From the NCBI GenBank assembly GCA_040223695.1, contig JAVKFU010000015.1:632692-696691 (forward strand): a DNA stretch of 64,000 bases, written 5' to 3'. Of the stretch, positions 29,701 to 38,320 are shown piece after piece. How positions within the stretch are numbered: the first letter of the stretch is position 1; every line of letters begins with the position of its first letter. The translations under genes and the position numbers were made by a program. Origin of the DNA: Deltaproteobacteria bacterium (GTDB lineage Bacteria > Desulfobacterota_D > UBA1144 > Nemesobacterales > UBA2774). Below the pieces are notes generated by a model. That model searched no databases. It saw only the letters and a list, made by a program, of their open reading frames with translations, and was not told the origin of the DNA.

Positions 29701-29995
29701 ATTCAGAATGTTATTTTTTTACTTTTCCCGACATCACAGAATTGGTGTGAAGAAAATCGCTTGTTAATGCGTTAAGAAATATTTTAGGACGATTCCGAAC
29801 AAGCGAGGAATCGGACGCCCTACGCTATATACAATAATGTTCACATTCTTGCCTCAGCTAACCGCGAACTAATCAAGGAGGAATTAAAACATTTTAGCGT
29901 TAACATGAGATTTTTAGCCATATTCTGTGGAGTCGATGATTTTTGCTTCTTTTCATCAAGGAAAAGAAGAATCTATCTTTGCCTTTTAGTCGCTA
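29701..29995. repeat. modular composite intergenic repeat (modules B-C-D), copy 1
   Basis: Contains tcccgacatcacagaattggtgtgaagaaaat, ggacgattccgaacaagcgaggaatcggacgccc and ggaattaaaacattttagcgttaacatgagatttttagcc...gatttttgcttcttttcatcaaggaaaagaag. All three modules are shared with copies at about 34.96, 45.76 and 63.76 kb. Confidence 0.8.
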
Positions 29996-30091
29996 TTCTG
30001 AAACGTTGAAGCCACTGCAGCGATCCCGCCTACTCTTTCTTTCCCTCCCCCTCACAGGGGGAGGGTCAGGGCGGGGGTACTAACTCCCCCC

Positions 30092-33000
30092 TCAATTCAG
30101 TCTCTTCGCCCCCGCATCCTGTATCGCGCTCCTCAGTCTTCCGCCCTGCCGTATGCTCCTCACCAGCATGTTCTCTATCTCGGTCCCTATCGACGCCGCC
30201 GTAGCCCCCGAGCCTCCGTTCACGTTCACGTTGATATCCACATGCATCTCGCCTGAGCCTCCCTCGTCTCCGCCTATCCTCTCGACAAACCTGCTTAACA
30301 GTCCGTCCCCTGTGCCTATACTCTCACGGAACTGGTCCGCAAGCCCCGGCCCACTCGCCACAGCGCTCACGAACTGATTTATCAGCCCGGCCCTCAGCTG
30401 CACGAGCTGGTCCTCGGTCAGCACGGCCTCCCTTCCGTGCAGCACCGCAAGCGTCCCCCTGCCGAAGTCCCGTATCAACCCTCCCGTGCCCTCGGCGAAA
30501 CCCTGCACGTTCTGCAGCACCGACTCTATCGACCTCAGCACCACAAGCTGCTCGTCGTTTATACCCGCTATCGCCTGAAGTCCCTCGATCTCGTTATCGA
30601 ATCCGAACTCGCTCACTTCCTCGAGCTGCGCAAACCTCTCCTCCAGTATCCTTATATACTCCCCGCGTATGAACTCAAACAGCTCTATCAGCCTCTGCGA
30701 CGCCTGGAATGTATTCTGCGCCGTCTGCTCCCCTATGGCCGACAGCCTGTCCTGCAGCGCCTCTATCCGCGCGTCTATCCGCTCGATCTGCGCGTTCTGC
30801 TCCTGGGTCAGCCTCTCTATCTCGGCGTTTATCTCCTCTACTGACCGCCCCCTCGTCTCGGTCAGCTCCGCAAGCGCGTCGAGCCCTCCTGTTACCTGAT
30901 CGAATATAGCCACGAACTCGGGCGAATTCACTCCGAACGCGTCCCCGGCCACGTCGAACAGGGTTTTGAACGCGTCCTCGAGCCGGGCTACGATCTCGAC
31001 CTGCCTTTCGGGATCTACTGTACCGGCAAGCTCCTGCTGAAGCTGCGCAATATTCGACTGTAGCGCGTTTACCTGCTCCACTCCCGTGAGCACCGACTCC
31101 GGGCTGAACAGTATCGAGTCGAGCGTACGCCTTATGGATTCCGCAAGCGACGCGAACTCCTCCGCCAGCCTCAGCTCCTCGTTAAGCGCGTCTATACGCT
31201 CGTCAAACGCCTCCTGTATCCGCTCCTTCTCCTCGTTAAGCCCGTCTATTCTTCTCTCTATCGCCGCTCTTTGCGCCTCGGCAGCCCTTCGGGCCGCTTC
31301 CTGCCGCGCCTGAAAAGCCGCCTGCTCTTCGGCGAGCAATTGGTTCCCCAATCCCGCTAGGTCGTCCAGCAGCGCCTCCTGCTCCGAAAGCGACAGGTTC
31401 TCTATATTGTCCGTAAAGAAGCCCTGCACCTGCCCAATCGCCGTATTGAGGAACCCGGTCAGGTCCACTGAGCTTCCGCCGAATCCCGCGATAGTGCTGT
31501 TAAGCTGGCTTATCTTCCCAATCAGGCTCGATATGGAGCTTACGATTTCCGACGTCAGCGACAGTATCGCGTTTCTCAGCTCGACGTAGTTCTGCACCGT
31601 CTCCGGGTCAAGCTCTGCGTTCTTGATTAATTCCCCTAGCTCTTCCGTCAGTTGATCAATGGACGGCACGGCGTCGAATCCGAGCGTCCGGGAGAGCGAA
31701 TTTACGGAATTAATAGTCGTCCCTATCGCGTCATTTATATTCCCCTCTACTATGTTGAACGCATCGACAAAGGCGTTCAGATCGGCAAGCAGATCCTGCC
31801 CCACTGCCGCTCTCGCCTCCCTCGACCCTGCGCTCTCGAATTCCCGGAATCTCTCGTCGAGGAACGATGCCGCCGCATCGGGCAGTACCCCGAGCGACTC
31901 GAACATGGTCTGCAGGAATCCGTCCACCGCGAACAGGAACTTCGCCTGTATCTCCCCGTTTATAAGCTGATTGAATTTCTCCGCTATCTTCTTCCCCTTG
32001 GCGTCAAACTCGAAAAGCCTCTCCCCCGCGACTACCGTCTCCGTATCAAGCTCCGTATTCAGAAGCTCGTCCGTGAGCTTGTCCGCGAGGTCAGCCGGAA
32101 GCTTGTTGATAATATCCAGAAGGTTATTTACTGCCCCCTGTATCGCGTCGCCTAGAATCTCCTTTATCTTATCCGAGCCGCCAACGCCCAAACCGGCGCT
32201 TCGCTTTACGGATATGTCTATTATGTCGTTTATCAGGGTATCGGTGTCGAGCAGTTCGGATATAAACGCCGCCCTGCGCTCGCCTTCTTCTTTTATGCTG
32301 TCAAACTCTATGTCCAGACGAGGTGTCTTCTTGAATAAGCCGGATAGTAATGGGATGGCTAATGCCGCGGCAACGGCAACTGCACCGAGAATTGACAAAG
32401 CTCCACCTATCCCGCCAATACCTGCAAGAAATCCGGTTGATGGAAGCTCCCCGGCAGCTAAAGTCCCTACACTCACTCCACCGGTCAATCCTCCGACACC
32501 GAGACTTCCTGGCACAGCTGTAGCGGGTATTGTTGCAGCCGCTCCGCCTGCAAATCCAAATAGACCTGCAATTCCGGAACCGCCACCTAATATATCTCCA
32601 ATACTTCCGCCTATACCACCAACACCGCCAACAATATCTGCGCTTCCTCCAGCGCCTCTGGCACTTCCTGCCAACCCGAACAGTGCCCCAATACTTACCA
32701 CAATCTGCTTTGTGACAATCGCCGCAACAAGGTCGAGAAACGACCTGAGTATCGCCTCAAAAGCCTGCTTCACCAAGTCCTTTAAATCCTCAAACTTCCC
32801 GGTCAGCACGTTGAAAAATAAGTCGGAGAAATTCTGACTCATCTGGCTGAGTGTGTTAGCAAAGAAATCCGCTATGAGTTCACTATTCGACCCTACGGAT
32901 TCAACAAAATCCTCGAACCCCTGTTTTATTCCCTCAAAGAATCCGCCAGATTCATTCAGGTTTTCCACTCGCTCCGAAAACTCATCTAACCCCCCATCCG

Positions 33001-34027
33001 CCGCCGTTTGAGCCGCAGTATCTACACCCTCCACACTCGTGCTCATCGTGTCTATAGACTTGCTTGCTTGTCCGGTCTGGTCTATCACACCTTGAAGCCC
33101 GTCTTGACTTAGGTTGTTGGTAGATTCTGTAACATCCTCAGTAACACCGAGAAGTTCCCCCAACTCTTCTTTCGTATGCCCGAATATTACTGCCCCTTCC
33201 CCCGCGTTTTTAACTAAATCAACAAGAGATGTCGAAAATTCACCCTGCGCTGTAGTCCCTTCCTTCATCGCCGCAGACTGCTCCAAGGCCGATTCTCTAG
33301 CTTTATCGTATTGCAGACTAAGACCCTGTAATGTCAGACGGAGGGTCTTAAAACCCCTGTCTTGTTCATCAATTGCCCTTTGTAATTGCGTTGATACTGA
33401 TGGTCCAATAAATTCCTCTAAGCCACGACGTTGAAAATCCTCAACTTTTAGGTCAGGAATGTCAACCGTTAATTCAGGAATTTCTATACCCTCGATTTTA
33501 CCAAATTCTTCATTCAAATCACTCTGTAGCGCTTCTCTATATGCCTGCGCTAACTCTTCAATTGTTCTTCCTTTCGCAAGAAATTGTTCAAATTGTCTTT
33601 TAGCTATTTCTTGCAAATTACCTTCAATAGGTTCTGCTTTTTGGGGATTAACAAAAGGTCTTAGATCTACTGGCAAATCAACTATCACGCTTTCATTAGT
33701 GAACGGTTCCAGAATATCTTTAATAAGCAAGTTGATATTATGACCAATTTCCGCAGCCTGTTCACCACCAATCAACTTTGCAGCGTTCGTTAAAATATTT
33801 CCAAATGGAGAATTTGTTTTAAAAACTCTGTCAAATGCAGATTCCGCTTGTTTCATTGACGATTCAACATCTTTATTAAACTTGAAAAAAGTAGATTCTG
33901 ATGTTTTAGTAATAAACTCAAATCCGTCTCTAAATTCTTCGAATGTACTATTAGCTGTCTTTCCTAATTGTATTAATTGCTCATCTTCTACAATAAACTT
34001 GACCGTAATTTCATTTATCTCTGCCAT
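30092..34027 (-). CDS. giant helical protein, phage tail tape measure protein-like
   Basis: 1311 aa with no signal peptide. Long coiled-coil segments. A central Gly-rich hydrophobic block, GGIGGSIGDILGGGSGIAGLFGFAGGAAA...ALAIPLLSGLF, is typical of tape measure proteins. An AT-rich promoter region lies upstream. Confidence 0.5.
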   Translation of the reverse strand: MAEINEITVKFIVEDEQLIQLGKTANSTFEEFRDGFEFITKTSESTFFKFNKDVESSMKQAESAFDRVFKTNSPFGNILTNAAKLIGGEQAAEIGHNINLLIKDILEPFTNESVIVDLPVDLRPFVNPQKAEPIEGNLQEIAKRQFEQFLAKGRTIEELAQAYREALQSDLNEEFGKIEGIEIPELTVDIPDLKVEDFQRRGLEEFIGPSVSTQLQRAIDEQDRGFKTLRLTLQGLSLQYDKARESALEQSAAMKEGTTAQGEFSTSLVDLVKNAGEGAVIFGHTKEELGELLGVTEDVTESTNNLSQDGLQGVIDQTGQASKSIDTMSTSVEGVDTAAQTAADGGLDEFSERVENLNESGGFFEGIKQGFEDFVESVGSNSELIADFFANTLSQMSQNFSDLFFNVLTGKFEDLKDLVKQAFEAILRSFLDLVAAIVTKQIVVSIGALFGLAGSARGAGGSADIVGGVGGIGGSIGDILGGGSGIAGLFGFAGGAAATIPATAVPGSLGVGGLTGGVSVGTLAAGELPSTGFLAGIGGIGGALSILGAVAVAAALAIPLLSGLFKKTPRLDIEFDSIKEEGERRAAFISELLDTDTLINDIIDISVKRSAGLGVGGSDKIKEILGDAIQGAVNNLLDIINKLPADLADKLTDELLNTELDTETVVAGERLFEFDAKGKKIAEKFNQLINGEIQAKFLFAVDGFLQTMFESLGVLPDAAASFLDERFREFESAGSREARAAVGQDLLADLNAFVDAFNIVEGNINDAIGTTINSVNSLSRTLGFDAVPSIDQLTEELGELIKNAELDPETVQNYVELRNAILSLTSEIVSSISSLIGKISQLNSTIAGFGGSSVDLTGFLNTAIGQVQGFFTDNIENLSLSEQEALLDDLAGLGNQLLAEEQAAFQARQEAARRAAEAQRAAIERRIDGLNEEKERIQEAFDERIDALNEELRLAEEFASLAESIRRTLDSILFSPESVLTGVEQVNALQSNIAQLQQELAGTVDPERQVEIVARLEDAFKTLFDVAGDAFGVNSPEFVAIFDQVTGGLDALAELTETRGRSVEEINAEIERLTQEQNAQIERIDARIEALQDRLSAIGEQTAQNTFQASQRLIELFEFIRGEYIRILEERFAQLEEVSEFGFDNEIEGLQAIAGINDEQLVVLRSIESVLQNVQGFAEGTGGLIRDFGRGTLAVLHGREAVLTEDQLVQLRAGLINQFVSAVASGPGLADQFRESIGTGDGLLSRFVERIGGDEGGSGEMHVDINVNVNGGSGATAASIGTEIENMLVRSIRQGGRLRSAIQDAGAKRLN

Positions 34028-34217
34028 TTCCAGTACCTTGATTAACGTATCGACAAATTAATCTTTCACTATACGTTTACTTTATTCCTTAGATAGATTT
34101 ATAGGTGTTTGCTTGCAATCCCTCTATATTTAGAACCCTTTATTTATATTGTTGATTAATGGATACATATATGTAATTACTTAACTAGACTTCATATTCT
34201 TATTCTTTTATAATAGC

Positions 34218-34544
34218 GTGATGAAAGAAATCTGCTCCAATTGTCTTTACACCGGTGAGTCCGGTCATAGCGGAAGAAATGCTTGCAGGTTCCCTTTGGC
34301 GGGCCTGCTATTGGGAGTGGGTGTAAACGGTATTACAAGCGTAATACCGGATAGTGAAACTTCCGGTTCCACGCTCGTACTCGTAATAATTACTATTGCT
34401 TGTTTATTTACCGCCTTCTATTTACTTTACAGGTGTATCAATAAGAGCAGGAGAGCATGTCCCAAGTGTAACTATGGCGATATGATTGAGATGAATACCC
34501 CGGAAGCGGACAAACTAGTGGAGCAACATAGCCTGAAAAATTAG
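34218..34544 (+). CDS. split zinc-ribbon membrane protein, paralog 1 of 4
   Basis: N-terminal CSNC, two TM helices, C-terminal CPKCNYGDMIEMNTPEADKLVEQHSL. Confidence 0.55.
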   Translation: MMKEICSNCLYTGESGHSGRNACRFPLAGLLLGVGVNGITSVIPDSETSGSTLVLVIITIACLFTAFYLLYRCINKSRRACPKCNYGDMIEMNTPEADKLVEQHSLKN

Positions 34545-34566
34545 TTTTATATTCTCAAATACAAAC

Positions 34567-34914
34567 ATGCAAAAACTTTGCCCAGAATGTAACTATATTG
34601 GATACGAATCCCGTGGACAGAAATCACTTTTAATATGGGGAATAGCTTTAACTATTTGGGGAGCAATAACACTACTTGGCGCACTTATGCTTTATTCCTT
34701 TTCCGTTAGGATACTTGCGTCAGTAATTTGGCTCTCATTTGGTGTTGTTACCTTATATTACTACATTCATTACCCAAACATATGCCCAAACTGCAAGCAG
34801 AAAAAAACCATGATCCCTCTCGACACTCCCAAAGCCCAGGCCCTAATTAAAGATCACAACCTGACTATCCCGCAAGAAACATCACAACAGTCCAGCCCCA
34901 AAACCACTCAATAA
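34567..34914 (+). CDS. split zinc-ribbon membrane protein, paralog 2 of 4
   Basis: MQKLCPECNYIGY..., two TM helices, ...CPNCKQKKTMIPLDTPKAQALIKDHNLT. Confidence 0.55.
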   Translation: MQKLCPECNYIGYESRGQKSLLIWGIALTIWGAITLLGALMLYSFSVRILASVIWLSFGVVTLYYYIHYPNICPNCKQKKTMIPLDTPKAQALIKDHNLTIPQETSQQSSPKTTQ

Positions 34915-34959
34915 CCGAACATATCTACCATCCTTTTTTATCTGTCATTCTGAATGTAA

Positions 34960-35245
34960 ATTAGAAATCTCGTCTTTGTATTACCCTTCTCGACATTCAC
35001 GGAATTGGCGTTAAGAAAATAGAATATTGAGGCGTAAAAATCTTTCCGGGACGATTTCGAGCTAGCGAGGAATTGGACGCCCTTTCCTATAAGAAATAAT
35101 GTAATTAGTCTCGCTTCACTAAACCACGATTCTAATCAGGGTTGAATTAAAAGATTTTAGCCGAGATAGCCCATTTTTAGCCACATTCCGTGCAGTCGGT
35201 GATTTTTGCTTCTTTTCATCTAGGAAAAGAAGAAAGATGATTTAT
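34960..35245. repeat. modular composite intergenic repeat, copy 2 (full length)
   Basis: About 85% identical over about 280 bp to the 45.76-kb copy. Confidence 0.8.
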
Positions 35246-35655
35246 CTTTTTCCCGCCCAGCCTGAACCTTTCGAAGAATGTCATTTAGAGCGCAGCCGAG
35301 AAATCTATTCATTTATCCTTTAGAGTCTGTCATTCTGAACCCTGTCCTGAACTCGTTTCAGGATCATTTCAGAATCTCGATTTTCATCTTTCAATCCTTT
35401 AATTCCCTCCTTAGTAAAAGGAAACGAATGCGAACGTGTGAGCATTTAGACGCCTTTAGTTAAAAGCACTTATGCCCATTATCTACCGGCACATAAACTC
35501 TTGGAATAAAATAGGGTGGATTTAAAATACAATATAAAAACCTCACCTACGCCGCTAGCCTATACTCCACTTCCTCTACATTAACCTTATTATCATATAA
35601 CTGAACGACCACTCTCCCTTCATCCTCAAAATCCCAACTGTGTTATAATTTCCTG

Positions 35656-36030
35656 ATGCAAAAACTCTGCACCAATTGCAATTTCATCGGCAAAGGTAAG
35701 CACGGCCTCTTGTCCGGCAATATCTATGTCGGAATAATAGAAGTAGTTGTGGCGGTAATTATACTCTTTACAGGCCAGAAGCTCCTTCAGTCTTTTATAT
35801 ACGGAGCCGTGGTCGCGGCAATAGTAGCAATAGCCGGACTGATAAATATTATGGACTCGTTCTCGGAGGGCCGGCTCTGCCCTAACTGCGGCAAGGACAA
35901 GATGATCCCGCTCGACACTCCCAAAGCCCAGGTCCTCATCCAAGAACACAACCTCACAGTCGGCGATAATGTCCCCCAAAACACGCAGAATGACCAAAAA
36001 CCAGACCAGTTTGAAGCCCCCAAATCTTAA
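35656..36030 (+). CDS. split zinc-ribbon membrane protein, paralog 3 of 4
   Basis: MQKLCTNCNFIGKG..., two TM helices, ...CPNCGKDKMIPLDTPKAQVLIQEHNLT. Confidence 0.55.
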   Translation: MQKLCTNCNFIGKGKHGLLSGNIYVGIIEVVVAVIILFTGQKLLQSFIYGAVVAAIVAIAGLINIMDSFSEGRLCPNCGKDKMIPLDTPKAQVLIQEHNLTVGDNVPQNTQNDQKPDQFEAPKS

Positions 36031-36214
36031 ATCCATCTCTTAACTTCCATTCATAACCAACTATTATTCCAACATATTTATAGTAACACTGCAATACTTC
36101 GACCCACCTTTGCAACCACAGCGCCACAACCCCGCTTTTGTTTTTTTCATTCCCCCCCTTAGAAAAAGGGGATACAGGGGGATTTTTCCTATTTCTTATT
36201 CCCTAATGCCTTTT

Positions 36215-36395
36215 CCTTTCCCGACATTCACAGAATTGGCGTTAAGAAAACAGATTATCGAGGCGTGAAAATCTTTTAGGAATGGGGCTGAATTAACAGA
36301 TTTTAGCCGAGATGGTCTGTTTTTAGCCAAATTCTGTTAAGTCGATGATTTTTGCTTCTTTTTATCAAGAAAAAGAAGATATAATTTTTTGCTTT
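36215..36395. repeat. modular composite repeat, partial copy (modules B+D)
   Basis: Contains cccgacattcacagaattggcgttaagaaaacag...gatttttgcttctttttatcaagaaaaagaag. Confidence 0.7.
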
Positions 36396-36522
36396 TTTCC
36401 CTTGTCACTACATGTCGGGTAAAACCTCTCGGCAATCTCAAACCCCCCTTATCCTGAGCCCGGTCAAAGGATAAATACATGCCCCGCTTTCAATCCCTCA
36501 CCCATCCATTATCCTATCCCTG

Positions 36523-36930
36523 GTGAAAAAACTCTGCACAAACTGCTTCTACATCGGATACGAAGACAGGTCCACACACGGGAGCTTCAAGACCGAGTCC
36601 ATCCTCTGGGCGGTTGCCTTTGTCCTCGCATTCACGGGCGTTTTCGAGTCCGACCTATGGCTGCCGGCAACCATAACATTCGCACTCGCCTTTTTCTATA
36701 CTCTGACCATCTTCAGGGTAAAGATATGCGTCTGCCCAAGGTGCGGCCGCGACTCCATGATCCCGCTCAAAACCCCCAAGGCGGAGGCTATAATTCATGA
36801 GCACCACCTCGTGATGCCCAGCGAATTCAAAAATCCTGCGCGCACGATCTTCGGCCTCACATTCCGCGACGCGCTCCTCATCCTCACCACCATCCTTATA
36901 ACCGTCATGCTCTACAACCACTTCACCTAA
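36523..36930 (+). CDS. split zinc-ribbon membrane protein, paralog 4 of 4 (GTG start)
   Basis: VKKLCTNCFYIGY..., TM helices, ...CPRCGRDSMIPLKTPKAEAIIHEHHL. An extra C-terminal TM helix is present. Confidence 0.5.
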   Translation: MKKLCTNCFYIGYEDRSTHGSFKTESILWAVAFVLAFTGVFESDLWLPATITFALAFFYTLTIFRVKICVCPRCGRDSMIPLKTPKAEAIIHEHHLVMPSEFKNPARTIFGLTFRDALLILTTILITVMLYNHFT

Positions 36931-36939
36931 CTACTCATT

Positions 36940-37900
36940 CCCACTTAATCCTTTTTCTCCCTCTCTCTTGAGGGAGAGGGTAAGGGTGAGGGGGCACCTT
37001 CTGTTAAGTCGGCGATTTTTACTTCCTTTCATCAAGGAAAAGAAGATATAATTTTTTGACTTACCCTTGTCATTGCGAGCGCAGCGCGGCAATCCCAAAT
37101 CCGTCATGCTGAACTTGTTTCAGCATCTAACCCTTTGCCTTTCCCCTTCCGTCATTCTGAATTCATTTCAGAATCTAGAATTTTGCTTTTGCCTCCCTTT
37201 CACCCCTCCATAATCTCAAGAATCCTATTGACTCCATACCCCCAAATCATCTATAATAATTACGGAGGTAATTATGACAAGCGAGTGTGACAGCCCACCA
37301 GACAGGTTGGTCGAAAATTCGTGAGATCCGAAAATGGTGAGTACTTAAACAATCACCATAAATAATAGCTAAAACTAGCTATTGCTTAAAAAAAGCATAC
37401 AAACCAAAAAGGGAGCCACAGTGCTCCCTTTTCCATTTCTAGATATAGTAAACATTATTTGTCATTACAAACGAATGTGAGAAATCTAACCCTTGCTTTT
37501 TCTTCGTCATCGCAAACCGCAAAGTGGAACGACAACGTCGCATTATCGAAGTTTGTCATGCTGAACTACGATTTCGAGTAAGTAAGGAATCGGGTCCATT
37601 GACAAATTGCAACCGAGTAAGTATTCCCCTATCATGCCAGTCCAAACCCAAAACTTTCAGCATCTAGCCTTTCGTCTTGTCCATTCTGACATTCACATAA
37701 TTAGCGTCAAGAAAATCTTATGTTGATGCGTCAAAATGTTTTGGGCCGGGGCGGAATTAAAACATTTTAGCGTTAACATGAGATTTTTAGCAATATTATG
37801 TGCAGTCGGTGATTTTTGCTTCTTTTCATCTAGGAAAAGAAGAAAGTCTTTATCTTTTAGTCATTGCGAGTGGAGCATATTATGCGTAGCGCGGCAATCT
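36940..37900. repeat. about 1-kb non-coding cluster of stacked repeat units
   Basis: Contains the gagggagagggtaagggtgagggggc hairpin, a D-module end at 37.00-37.05 kb, gtcattgcgagcgcagcgcggcaatc, gtcatgctgaa, cattctgaattcatttcagaatc, a gtcatgctgaactacgatttcgag...gaggaatcgggtcc C-type unit, and a B+D composite at 37.69-37.87 kb. Confidence 0.75.
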
Positions 37901-37910
37901 AATCTTTTCA

Positions 37911-38240
37911 TTAAGAGCCAGCAATACCCCTACGGCGCCCGAGAGCCTCAATCCCTTCCCCCTTGGCGCCCCTTTTCATTTTCCTCTCCTGAGACTTCAG
38001 GGCAAACTCTCTGAACGCCTCATCCACGGCAATCACTACCCGAAACGCCCTCATCTTCGGATGCCCCTCGAACTCTAGCTTCTCCAGGTTATTCCATATC
38101 TCGGAATGCACCAGTGTGCCTACGGTCATCCCCTGCCCGTAGCGCTGAGACTGGCATAGCTCCCATAGAGATACCCACTCCCGCTGGTGCTGGGGGAGGT
38201 TCCGTATAAATCCTTCCGTCTCGTCCCCCGCCTTTTTCAA
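37911..38240 (-). CDS. downstream -1-frame ORF of a G/GT-like pair (candidate frameshift extension)
   Basis: Its frame is open upstream to about 38476, so it overlaps the last about 52 codons of the 38321..38890 ORF in the -1 frame. No conventional start or RBS of its own. Basic sequence. Confidence 0.4.
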   Translation of the reverse strand: MKKAGDETEGFIRNLPQHQREWVSLWELCQSQRYGQGMTVGTLVHSEIWNNLEKLEFEGHPKMRAFRVVIAVDEAFREFALKSQERKMKRGAKGEGIEALGRRRGIAGS

Positions 38241-38320
38241 TATGCGAAGCTCGTCCCTGTCGTTCTTTTCAAACTTGAGCCTGTTCTTCCGCCTGAGTTT
38301 CCTCTTTTCTTCGAGCTGAC

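Noticed and set aside
30153-33743. Numerous plus-strand ORFs (30153, 30437, 31652, 31971 and others) inside the tape-measure-like gene, some Ser/Ala/Pro-rich
   Set aside because: They are antisense to a long, well-supported minus-strand ORF. Their low-complexity composition mirrors the coding strand's GC-rich codon bias. No RBS is evident.
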